Shown one piece after another: positions 1 through 11,373 of a stretch of DNA of 28,464 bases. The position numbers and the translations under genes were made by a program. How positions within the stretch are numbered: the stretch's first letter is position 1; the number at the start of each line of letters is the position of its first letter. The notes under the pieces were generated by a model. That model did not search any database and was not told where the DNA came from. It was given only the letters and a program-made list of their open reading frames with translations. This stretch comes from Macrostomum lignano (lineage: Eukaryota). The stretch covers positions 1 through 28,464 of the forward strand of contig NIVC01005017.1 of assembly GCA_002269645.1 (NCBI GenBank). The letters run 5' to 3'.

Positions 1-101
1 CGTCTTCATGGTCAGCGACTCGTATGCCCTGGCTGGGTCCATCTTCATCAACTCGGACGGATCGACTGTAGAAGAGAACGGGAGCGATGTTGACCTTCGT
101 C
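1..101 (-). CDS. Candidate downstream cytoplasmic-tail exon of the protocadherin, running off the window edge (RRSTSLPFSSTVDPSELMKMDPARAYESLTMKT...)
   Basis: Minus strand has an acceptor ttatagtag|ga at 102/101. This is phase 1, matching the phase-1 donor at 1868/1867. The frame is open to position 1 and GC content rises relative to the intron. No homology recognised. Confidence 0.4.
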
Positions 102-1867
102 CTACTATAATCTGTGATAATTTGATAATGAAGATACTTCAAACTGAGACATGGCGAATATTTTCAGACAAATAATACATAACTTCATATTAGAAAGCAT
201 ATAATTCGTAGTCTCAATCCATAAAAAGATTCCCATCTTTTTTCGCTCATCAAAGCCCACGCAATCGCGGCCCATCCCGCCTCAAGAGCCGGCCAGAATC
301 AAACGAATCAAAGCAACAGCTGAGCAGAGAAGGCAGAGAAGAAAAAGGGGCCGGCCACTAATGCGTGGGGGAGGGGGTGGGCTGCGATTATTTAGCCACC
401 TGAGCTGTTATAATTAAAGGGAAGACTGAAGCGCGGAGACGGGGCGGTGCAAAAAAATGTCGCGTGTGAAAAGTGTCGGCAGGGGAGCGCGCGGGGTTGG
501 CCCCGAGGTACAGTAAGTGAAGGCGTTCAAGCGCTCATGCCTCGACTGTAACCTCGAAGGCTCGAAGCCGGCCCAGAAGCTAAGTAAATTTGCGATGGCT
601 TTTTAGTCTCAGCCGTTCCTTCTCATGCGGAACGGGGCAATGAACAACAATTGCAGTCGTGCGCTCCACCATATAGTGAGTTGAGCTCAATTAACAACCG
701 GGGTTAATTCCTTTGTAAAAACCCACCGATGCGCGACCAGCAAACCCGACACCCTTCAAGCCAGGGCCACCAGCTGCTGCAGTCCTTGAGCTTTAGTCGA
801 GATTCAACGAGAAAGCTTCGCTTAAAAGCGAATGACACCTTCCAGGTAAGAGGATCTGCAGGTCCTCAGCAATGTGACTAGAAAACAATAGAGCTCACAC
901 ACTTGTGCTCTTGGTACTCAGTATTGTTTTACTATTTTAGCAGATAGACTAGCTCTGATATGGATAGCTTTGTCTGCGAGCAGAGAGGGAGCTTGTTCGT
1001 GCATTGCAGTGAACTGGAGCCAGCCTCCTTCTTCTGCGCTCCCGCGGCTTTACCAGAAAATCAATCAAAAGAAGGCGGACAAAGAAAGAAAGGAGGCACA
1101 GGTATGACACAGCTAGGCATCTGCGCGTCAGTAGCAAGAAAATGAATCAAAGAAATTGCGCACCAGACAGACAGAGTGACAGACAGGTTAATTAATCTCT
1201 GCATAAGGAAAGCAATATGAACCTCGAAGTCCTTGATTGCCAGCTCTCTCCATCAGTTTTTGTTTAACTGACTTCCATCCTCGCACCAACCATTATTAAA
1301 ATTTCACACTTGGAAAACTTTCTGGGGGGGGGGGCGAAAAAAAGTGAAACACGACCCGCAAATGCTGGTTTATTTTGGTTTTGAAATGTAGGCAGATGCT
1401 GTTCGGGGTCAGGTTTCTCTGATGATGTCTTTCCTACCGTCGCAGCAGCGGGAAAATTGATTTTTTTGTCATTTTTTCAATAGCACCTGGTTCTGCACGT
1501 CTCTGTGCAACGTGTCCCGACTTCCTCACTCACGATCCCGCGCCAGCACTGAGCGAAGAGGTAGCGTCTAGCGACCCTCAAAAGTTCAGCTCCTTTCACT
1601 TCCTTGTTGACTATAACCTTCCCCCAATTCAGAGGTTAACAAAGCCTTCCATTTGCATTTGCAGTGACTGTGGCCACATCAAAGAAGCGTGGGTCTTAGT
1701 GCGGTGTCAACAACAATTTTTTTTCAATAATTTAAATGTCAAGCCCCCAGTAATCGAACACCTATTAAGCCAATCGGGGCGGCTCATGCAAGCTGGGCCC
1801 TGTCCTAGCGGAAGCCATGGACTGTCATCGCGTCGTGCGTGCACCGCAAAGAAAAAAGGCCACTCAC

Positions 1868-4800
1868 GGACTGCCCTGGCTTGGGACGCCGTCTCGGCGC
1901 GTCTTTTCACGATGAGGAACGCAATCGACAGGATGAGTATCAGAAGCACCAGGATGGCCAACCCGGACACCAGCAGCAGCGCCGGCCCGGACACTTCCGA
2001 GGAAACGCGGCCACCGTTTCGGTGTCCGCCGCTTCCGCCGCCGTTACCGTCGCCGCCACCGCCGGACAGCGAAGGCGGAAACGGACGCGCCGCTGCGGAA
2101 GAACTCGAGGACGACGACGACGCGAACGAATCGTTCTTGACGGCCACCTGCAGGAGGGTGTCCCGTTTCAGCTGGCGGTCTCGGCCGGCGTCCGCAGCCT
2201 CGATGCGCAGCATGAACAGGCGACCAGCGAAGGGGCGAAGATTTTCGCGAACCAACAGGTGACCTGTGACCGGCTCCAGCTCAAAGTGCTCGCTGTCGTC
2301 CGGCCCAGACTGGCCTGCGCCGGTCGCAGTTGAGGTCGGCAGCAGGCGGTAGGTCACGTTTCCGTTCTTGCCTGCGTCGTCGTCTCGAGCGTCGATCTTG
2401 GCGACTAGGCTCCTCGGCGTCAGGGTGCTGCTGATGTTCACCTGCTCGTAGTGTGTTCCGAGTAGATTTTTGTCGACTGTTCCACTTCAATTATTCATTT
2501 TAAAATTCAAAGTTTGAATCACGCTAGAGAGTATTGTCTATATTATCGTTTTATTTCTAATATAGTCTGCACATAAAAGTTGCCGTTTGGGGACACTATT
2601 ACTTATTAAGTTTGACCAATCAACAATGTCGGATAAAGATCTGTTTCATTCTAGTTTCTATTGTTTCGATCCTTTGGGTGTGGCTTGCTGGCCTACAGTG
2701 TGGGGGCAGGGCAGAACACCGGTCGATTTTCCCTTTACAGTACCTCCAGAAATCGAAAGTTTTAACTTACCCGATTAACTCTGCGCTCTGGATCCGGAAA
2801 GATGAACCTAGGCGGAGTATCATTAACATCGCCAATCTCGACTGTCAGGTAAAAGACATTTGACCGCGCCGGGTGCACGCCATCGCTGACCCCGATTCGC
2901 AGGTGATACTCGCTCTCCAGCTCGCGGTCCAGCTCGTCTCTAAGCGTCAGACGGCCGTGCGAGTCGATCTGGAATTTGTTAGCGCCGTTTCGATGCTGCC
3001 GCCCCGGGACGCTGCCGCCGACGCCACCGCTGCCATCGTCGCTGGTGAGGATGAAGTTGAACTCCCTCCGGCCGGGCTCATCCGCGTCCGTAACGTTTAG
3101 AAGCGCCACCAGGGTGCCACGTGGAGAGTCCTCCGGCACCAGGACTCGACGAGGCGTTGCGAAGTCGAACTCCGGACTGTTATCGTTGACGTCCAGAATT
3201 GTCAGAACAACCGTGGCTGTGGCCGAGTAGTGCGGCGGGGCTGAATTGAAGGCCACAACTTGAAAACGTAACGGTCGCGCTCCTCCCGGTCGAACACCTT
3301 ATTGGCCACGAGGCGGCCGGTGTTCAGATAGATTCGGACATCCTTGAAAGTTTCTGGCTCGATCTTGTACTGAATGGCGTCGTTAGGCGGAGCATCGGCG
3401 TCCTCAGCCTGAAGCGCGCCGATGGCCGTCCCTTCCTGCTGGTTCTCCAGGATGCTGAAACTGAACTCCGTTTTGCGCCAAACAGGCGGCGAATCGTTGG
3501 CGTCATCGACTAGCACGCGGACGATCGCATTCGTGTGCCTTGGCGGACTACCGTGATCGCTGCACCGCAGGCGCACAATGTGCACGGCTTGCGTCTCGCG
3601 ATCGAAGCTGCGTATAGCGTACAGGTGATAGCTGGCTGCTCGACTACTGCCAATCTCTTTCATGTATTGCAGCCGAAAGGATGCCGGCTGTTGCTGCTGT
3701 CCCTCTGGCTCATTGACCAGGTGACACTCAACTCGGCCGTTGTCACCGGAGTCCTGGTCCGACGCCAGCACCGTGGCAATTACGTTGGATGCGTAGGCGA
3801 CGTTCTCCATCACGCGGACTGAAGAGGTCTGCGTGCCGAAGCCGATGACGCGCACTGTCGGGTTGTGGTTGTTCACGTCCAGCACTCTGACCTGATTGCA
3901 TGTGAATCAAATGAGGCAGTGCTTCAAGTTCGTAGCTTTACAACGCGCAGGATACGAAATTGCTTCTGTCCCGCAACACAAATTCCTATTTTTACCTTAT
4001 GAAGCTCCTAGTAAATTTTCTAGAGTGCCGACCAGAGCTTGACGAAGAATTATTTAAAATAGTTAAATAAGAGGTAAATAATCATATCTAACCTCAAGGT
4101 TCAAGTTCAGTTAAACGTCCCTAAGCAGGGCTGATAGCCAACAACTAACCTCGACTTCAATTTCGCTTGACCTTCGCGGCGATCCATAGTCAAAAGCAGT
4201 GACCAGCAGCTCATAGACGTTTTCTTCATCCCGACGGTACAGCAGACGACCGTTCAGTGTCACCGACCAGAGTAGGCGTCCACGCCAAACAGGCCGACAG
4301 GATAGGGCCTGCGGTGGCCGGGGCGCAGACTGTAACCGACTCGGGCGTTCTGGCCCTCGTCATTATCCACGGCCAGCACGGAAAACACGGTGCTGTGCGG
4401 CCTCGTGTCCTCCTCTAAATTCACCGCCAACCTTGAGCCGTTGACGAACTCTGGAGTGCAGTCATTGACGTCTTCAATGGTGACGTTGATGATGGTGGCT
4501 CCAACCTTGCGGCCGCCGTCCTCGGCTAGCAACTGGAAGCCGTAGGAGCTGCGTCTCTCTCGGTCCAGCGGCGCTCGTTGACCAGCTCCAGGGCGCGAAC
4601 AGCTTCTGGGAACGCAGCTCTGCTATCGCCGCGAACCTGGCGCAGCTCAAACTGCTCGCACCGCTGCCAAGTCGATAGGATACGACACCGTTGCGACCCC
4701 AGTCAGCGTCCTGGGCAATTGGCAGCGGAACGGAGGCGCCAAGCCTGTCGGTCTCCTTGAAGCGAACTCCGTTTCGGGCCCGCTGAAACATTGGCTTGTT

Positions 4801-5265
4801 GTCGTTGATATCTTCCAGCTGTATGTTTAGTGTCAGCGCCAGGAACCGACGATTGACCACCGTGGTGGCTGCAGCATCATATCGAAGATCGCACACGGAT
4901 GCCTGATCATTTTGGCGTACGCGCATGTCCTTTTCGCAGCAGAGTCCGCGACTGTCGCACAGACTGTCTCGGTCGATCCGCCCAGCAGTGGTCAGGCTAC
5001 CATCATAGGCGAGGCGGAACAGCGACGCCACCGGGTCGTCGGGAAGGTACGGACGAACGCTGACGTTGGCCAGCTCCTCGCCGTTCAGATCGCGGCAATC
5101 CTTCAGCAGCTCCTTTAAGTTGACCACAAAATAACCAGTGTCGCGCTCCTCCCGCAGGTTGCAGGAACGCTCGATACTCAATGGATTAGTGCAGAATGCC
5201 ACGGGAAGAGTTAGAACAGCAAGCACTGCTGTGCAAGCTAACAGATGATAGACAGTGGTGGCCAT
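1868..5265 (-). CDS. Protocadherin with 7 extracellular cadherin repeats (delta-1-like), signal peptide and TM helix. Exons 5265-4150, 3891-2771 and 2441-1868 (read-through of the last exon would stop at 1707). Four 1-bp frameshifts at ~4658, ~4570, ~4264 and ~3265.
   Basis: Signal peptide MATTVYHLLACTAVLAVLTLPVAFC. Protocadherin EC1 motif RIDRDSLC..CC..C. Linkers LEDINDNKP, IEDVNDCTP, VLDVNNHNP, VDDANDSPP, ILDVNDNSP and IGDVNDTPP. DADxGxNG motifs and the TM segment ALLLVSGLAILVLLILILSIAFLIV-KRR. GT-AG phase-0 introns 4149-3892 (gttagt..atcag) and 2770-2442 (gtaagt..agcag) join in frame. A gtgagt donor lies at 1867. Confidence 0.93.
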
Positions 5266-5969
5266 CTGCTACTGGGTGTCTTCTGTTCCCAACTGTTGCT
5301 TCTGCCGCGTGGTTGAGACTGGGCGTTGCTGCTTTTATCTAAAAGATTTTTAGTGTAGGTGGGTGGACTGCTTTTGGGTAGGCGCCTTTGCACGGAGCTC
5401 TGTTGGAAGAAAGAGACGCTTTGGTCAAGAGAGCCGACAGCACGCGCTGATCACGCGCTCAAGAGCTTGTCTAGCCTCTCAAGATAGCCCCCCGATTCGG
5501 TTCAGTCACCACTGGCGATCAAGAAATGGATGGAGAGATTTTAGAACGTGTGAGAAAGAGGAGAGGGAGATTGGGAGTACCAAAACAACACCCCCTTGTT
5601 TGAGTGCCGCTGCTCACGCTATGCTGAGTGTGCGCGAGCGTTTGAGCCGCTGCGATAGACTGCGCGTGAGTAAACAGTAGCAGCTTGTAAAATTTCCCGC
5701 CTGAAATTAAAGGCAAACAAGAGCGAAGGAGTGAGAAAGAGAGAGATGAGGTGGCACTGGGCAAAGATGAGGGGACGCCCTTCCCGGAGGGCACAGAGAG
5801 GGATCAGCGGTTTCGGGGAACACCCGGCCAGTGGGCGGGCCAGCCCTTGCCAGCCTTCTGCTGTAAGTCCCTTTCACAACAAGCCGGAGGGCCTTCCTCT
5901 CCCATTCTCGGAGCCGGGCCTGTGCGGTGGGTGGGCGGGGGTTCGATAGCCTGCATGGTAGGCTGGGCG

Positions 5970-5974
<5 letters not shown>

Positions 5975-6049
<75 letters not shown>
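5975..6049. repeat. (CT)37 microsatellite, (GA)n on the minus strand, ~700 bp upstream of the protocadherin ATG
   Basis: Perfect dinucleotide run read directly from the sequence. Confidence 0.98.
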
Positions 6050-6054
<5 letters not shown>

Positions 6055-7035
6055 CTCCAACTCTTTAGCCTGAGCTGCCGACTGGCAAACAAACACGGAG
6101 ATGATGATTCAAGTCGATTAGGCGGCCTCCTAGAGCGAGGCCAATTCTAACTTATTGCCGGCTGGGCTGCATGGGCTGACTTCATGATGAAGAATGGAAT
6201 AATTTACTGCCTTAGCTAGGCTTCGAGTCCAGTTGAATGCGTTGAGTTGGTTGGGGTAACTCCTCCCAAGCTCAGAGGGAAGAAGTGGCTGATCAGATAT
6301 GAGCACTAGCGCATCTGGCTCAAATTTTCTCCAGCATTCATATTGATCACTATCGATGCTTTTGTAAATTTATGTTGGTCTGGACGCGTGAGGCTTGAGA
6401 ACTCTTCTAGGGCAGAAATAAACACACCAAAAGCGCTGTGAGCTATTTCTAATATTTATCTTGGTTTACACCCGGGTCATAGCCGGTGTAGTTGATGCTC
6501 GTCACTAGGAGTTCGCCGCGATGATTGCTGGTCGCGGAGGCATCAGGGGAGGAGGGGTTGTTGAAAAATCAGTCAGCAAACAGAAGCCAACCGCGGGATC
6601 GTCACTAATGGATTTGCATAACGCCTCACGCGTTAGAGCCGAGAGTGAAATTGAGAGGGACAGAGAGAGAGAGAGAGCAGAGTGGGCGTGCGTCTGCATG
6701 GCTGTCGGAGTGTCGGGTTGCTGTAATTCAATGAGCCGTGGGCTGCTGCTGCTGCCGCTGCTAATGAATACGGAGAGGGAGGCGCCTGGCTTATCCTCGG
6801 GGCATCTGCATCATTTAAACTGCGCCACCCATTTCTAGCGACCGCGATACCAATGTTAAGCGATACACGATCGAGTGTTTACCCCCAACAGGGCTGAGTG
6901 TCGGTGGAGTGGTGACGCATCCAACCCTTGTACCAAGCTATACTGGGTTCGACAAGTCAGGTTAGTTTAGATGTACAGGTGTGTGCGTGCTCATGAGCCT
7001 TCTTTGTTTTTTGCCTCATTGCTGGGTGCAGCCTA

Positions 7036-7351
7036 GGAGGTTGTAGCCTAGGTTAGAGCATCGGACTCACGACTTGGAGGTCGGGGGTTCGATTTCCGAT
7101 CCCGCTGAAACAATTTGTATCCTTGAGCAAGACACTTAACTCTGCATTGCTTCAGTTCACCCTGCTGTAAAATGGGTGTCAGCATTAGCTGGGGTAATTG
7201 AGGGTGTGTGTGGCGACCCCCCAGTCCTTGGACTGAACAGCCGTAAGCAGCCTTCAGATGCGCCGCGCAATAGCTGCGGCTGAGCTGTCGGTTGCACATC
7301 TGGCCATCAGGGCAGCTGTAATCAATTACTAGCGTATTATTATTTAGTATT
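7036..7351 (+). mobile_element. tRNA-derived SINE with a CORE (MIR-like) central domain and an (ATT/TAT)n-type tail
   Basis: A-box-like tagcctaggttagagc (7044-7059) and B-box ggttcgatttcc (7086-7097). Then ccttgagcaagacacttaactctgcattgcttcagttcaccctgctgtaaaatggg (7121-7176), which closely follows the MIR CORE consensus as I recall it (ccttgggcaagtcacttaacctctctg.gcctcagtttcctcatctgtaaaatggg). Tail tattattatttagtatt at ~7335-7351. Confidence 0.8.
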
Positions 7352-9057
7352 GGGTGCTGGGCAACTGCTGCTAGAAGGTGCGCCAACCACCCAGCTCCCC
7401 TGTTCGAGTGGAAGAAAGTTTCCAGCTTCCAGCATGCAGTACCGCATGGCTGGGGCAGTGAGAGCTTCCTGGGCAGCGTTAAGGCATTTTGAACCCAGGC
7501 CAATACCTCATGACCCTCCTAGTCTTTCTGAGCACTCGCCAGCACACGGAGAGCACCAAGTTGAATAGAAAGAAGCTTGCGTGACAACAAGCTGCACAAA
7601 CCTCCGGCAGTTCAGCGTCTTCTGCTTGAAATAGCTGATGCTTTGGGGAGGAGGGGCTCTAGAAGGAGAGGTAAGTCTCGGCAATAGAAGGGAAGGATGG
7701 GGGAGGGGATGGGTGCGCGATTTATTGAAAGCCGACGACAATTTTTGGGTCGCACAATTGAACACTCAGTCTCTCTCTCTGCTGCTTGGAGTGGACAACT
7801 TCCTCGTCCGCTGCTGCAGCTACTTTGACGCTTGCTTGGACTGCGGGGCGGAGTAGGGAGGGGAGCTGCGCGTCTCAAGCACTGCTCATCCCATCCCAAT
7901 AGAGAGAGAGGTGCTCTTTTGTCCAGCATCTCCCCATCATCTTCTCTTCCTCTCGCTCTCCTCCCACGTTATTCTTCTCTTTACCACTTGACGGGAGACG
8001 GTAGCCAGCATAGAGACGCAGGGACCAAACTTCAACGAGTTTTTCCTCAATAAAGAGGAGGTCAATGCTTATTTTTTCAAGATCCGTGCAAGAACCGGCG
8101 GCCATCGGTACAGCTACAGGATTTGCGGGAATATGTAAGATGGAGGAGACTGGGAGGTGGACAGACGCGCACGAGAGGCAAGCCCCGACAATAAAAACAC
8201 ATTTTTCCTAACAATTTCATTCAGACAGTGCCGCGGTCAAAAGAAACTTATGACGCCCCGCCCATCCACATCTGACAATGGGCGGCAGCCCAAGTCACCA
8301 ACCGGGGAACTCAGGATCGGGGGAGTTTGGGCGTTAATTTTACATGAAGGCGGCAGTCACGCTCGCAGTCTGTAAGCCTGGCTCCATCTCTGGCCAGATT
8401 CAGCCTCCCCTGCTCAGTCATGCGAGGAAGACGGGGTCCCATAGGCTTGGCTCGGAAGGAGGGGTCAGGGGGGTTCCAGAACTGCATTGCTTCATCATCA
8501 GCGCTCCATTGTCTCCCAGCTTCAAGCGCCCTCCTTCTAAGCATCCACTCAAACCTCTCCATTATCTGTATGCACTGTCTGTCTGCTCTGCCGAGATCAA
8601 TAAGAAAAAAGCTTTAGAAACTTACTAACTCTTTACAACAAAGACTAGACTGTGTATATTATATAACCAACAACAAGTTGCCTTACAAGCCTTTACACCA
8701 GCAGCCTGACTCTGCGGGACTTCCCTGCCATATTCTATTTTTTGCTTGCTCACGCACGCTCTCTAATTAATTATTAATTTCTAGCGTCACCTGGGATCCG
8801 GGAAGGGGAGGAAGGCGGCTTCGTTTTTGGTTTTGAGCCATCGAGCATTGCATGGATGGATGAAGAATAATATTAAAGTCTATATTATCAGCTTCATACT
8901 GAACTGCATTGAAATTCTACGGGTACAAGGAAGTAAATTAAGGAAGATAAAGCTGGGCTGTAAGGATAAACGGGATAGGAAAATTATTTAGCGAGGGTGC
9001 GATGAAAAAAGGAAGTCAAGAGAGGCGCACAGACGGACCCACCGGAGAGCATAAGCA

Positions 9058-10192
9058 GAGGTGAGACAGAAGACTCAGGGCGGGGGTGAGACAGAAGACT
9101 CAGGGCAGGGGTGAGACAGAAGACTCAGGGCGGGGGTGAGACAGAAGACTCAGGGCAGGGGTGAGACAGAAGACTCAGGGCGGGGGTGAGACAGAAGACT
9201 CAGGGAGGGGTGAGACAGAAGACTCAGGGCGGGGTGAGACAGAAGACTCAGGGAAGGGGTGAGACAGAAGACTCAGGGGAGGGGTGAGACAGAAGACTCA
9301 GGGCAGGGGTGAGACAGAAGACTCAGGGCGGGGGTGAGACAGAAGACTCAGGGCAGGGGTGAGACAGAAGACTCAGGGCGGGGTGAGACAGAAGACTAAG
9401 GGGAGGGGTGAGACAGAAGACTCAGGGCGGGGGTGAGACAGAAGACTCAGGGAAGGGGTGAGACAGAAGACTCAGGGGAGGGGTGAGACAGAAGACTCAG
9501 GGCAGGGGTGAGACAGAAGACTCAGGGGAGGGGTGAGACAGAAGACTCAGGGCAGGGGTGAGACAGAAGACTCAGGGCGGGGGTGAGACAGAAGACTCAG
9601 GGGAGGGGTGAGACAGAAGACTCAGGGCGGGGGTGAGACAGAAGACTCGGGCAGGGGTGAGACAGAAGACTCAGGGCAGGGGTGTGACAGAAGACTCAGG
9701 GAAGGGGTGAGACAGAAGACTCAGGGCGGGGTGAGACAGAAGACTCAGGGGAGGGGTGAGACAGAAGACTCAGGGAAGGGGTGAGACAGAAGACTCAGGG
9801 CGGGGGTGAGACAGAAGACTCAGGGCAGGGGTGAGACAGAAGACTCAGGGAAGGGGTGAGACAGAAGACTCAGGGCGGGGGTGAGACAGAAGACTCAGGG
9901 CAGGGGTGAGACAGAAGACTCAGGGCAGGGGTGAGACAGAAGACTCAGGGCAGGGGTGAGACAGAAGACTCAGGGCGGGGGTGAGACAGAAGACTCAGGG
10001 CAGAGGTGGGCAGGGGTGAGACAGAAGACTCAGGGCAGGGGTGGGCAGGGGTGTGACAGAAGACTCAGGGCAGGGGTGTGACAGAAGACTCAGGGCAGAG
10101 GTGGGCAGGGGTGAGACAGAAGACTCAGGGCAGGGGTGAGACAGAAGACTCAGGGAAGGGCTGAGACAGGACTTAGGGCAGGGGTGAGACAG
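9058..10192. repeat. 25-bp minisatellite, ~45 copies, consensus gtgagacagaagactcagggc(a/g)ggg
   Basis: Period read directly (units start at 9061, 9086, 9111). Variation is confined to the G-run region and the array decays at the right end. Confidence 0.97.
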
Positions 10193-10405
10193 ATGTAGGG
10201 CTGATGCAGGGTTGAGACAGAGGGCTCAAACGTCAAGAGACGGGCTCAAACAGGGATATTTTTCTATTGCAATTGCCCAAAATTTTCTTAGAAACAGATT
10301 TTCGTTCTCACCAGCGAGTTCCAGCAAAAGCGAAGACTGGGAATGTCTATCTGAATTCAAATGACTAAGTAATAGAGATGGCAAGGAAAATTATTTTCAG
10401 TCAAG

Positions 10406-10543
10406 CCAATTAGCATCACGAAACATTTGTTGCCTCTTTTAGGCTACAGAAGGACCACAGGTGCAGTCAGTATACAGTAATGCAGGGCTTCAATTCTATT
10501 GGCTGATAATGGTCGAATAGGGGCAACGGCGGATTTTCATTGG
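10406..10543. promoter_or_regulatory. Cluster of three CCAAT (NF-Y-type) boxes in unique sequence between two minisatellites
   Basis: agccaatta at ~10404-10412 on the plus strand. cagccaatag and caaccaatga on the minus strand (attgg at 10498-10502 and 10539-10543, 41 bp apart). Motif match only. Confidence 0.3.
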
Positions 10544-10698
10544 TTGACAGAATTCAGCATTGAACTAGCTGGGGTCACAGTTTAATATCCTTATCTTGTA
10601 TTTGGGTTAAAATTTTAAGCATTCTTTTGTTTTAATACCACATTAATCTAGACACACGACTTAGTCCGAACTCAATCTAAACATCTGGGATTGATTTA

Positions 10699-11373
10699 GT
10701 GACACTCCAATTCAGAAACCTGTGATTCAGTGACACCCCAATTTAGACACCTTTGATTCAGTGACGCTCCAATTTAGACACATGTGCTTAAGTGACATTC
10801 TAATTTAGAAACATGTGCTTAAGTGACATTCTAATTTAGAAACATGTGCTTAAGTGACATTCTAATTTAGAAACATTTGCTTCAGTGACACTCTAATTTA
10901 GACAACTTTGATTCAGTGACACTCCAATTTAGACACCTGAGATTCAGTGACATCACAATTTAGACACCTGTGATTCAGTGACATCCCAATTTAGACACCT
11001 GGGATTCAGTGACATCCCAATTTAGACTCCTGTGATTCAGTGACACTCCAATTTAGAAACCCGTGATTCGGTGACACCCCAATTTAGACAACTTTGATTC
11101 AGTGACACTCTAACATAGACACCTGTGATTCAGTCCAGTGACACTCCAATTTAGACACCTGATATTAGTGACGCCCCAATTTAGACACTTGTGATACAGT
11201 GACGCCCCAATTTAGACACCTGTGATTCATTGACACCCCAATTTAGACACCTTTCACTCAGTGACACCCCAATTTAGACACCTGTGATTCATTGACACCC
11301 CAATTTAGACACCTTTCACTCAGTGACACCCCAATTTAGACACCTGTGATTCATTGACACTCCAATTTAGACA
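10699..11373. repeat. 31-bp minisatellite, ~22 copies, consensus gtgacac(c/t)ccaatttagacacctgtgattca
   Basis: Period read directly (10699, 10730). Confidence 0.95.

Noticed and set aside
1699-5118. Plus-strand ORFs opposite the protocadherin (e.g. 1699-2262, 1839-2333, 3535-3822), and similar ones opposite MORC (12434-13099) and importin
   Set aside because: These are antisense shadows of GC-rich coding exons, with no recognisable domains.
5707-6096. ORF with an ERERER tract (129 aa) and its SLSLSL antisense counterpart
   Set aside because: This is the translation of the (CT)37 microsatellite.
6893-6965. Second tRNA-like or SINE head (tggagtggtgacgca ... gggttcgac)
   Set aside because: Only loose A- and B-box matches, with no cloverleaf, body or tail. 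Too weak to call.
7036-7110. Functional tRNA gene
   Set aside because: A and B boxes are present but the anticodon stem (tcgga/cttgg) does not pair. There is no oligo-T terminator, and the sequence continues into a CORE domain, so it is a SINE head.
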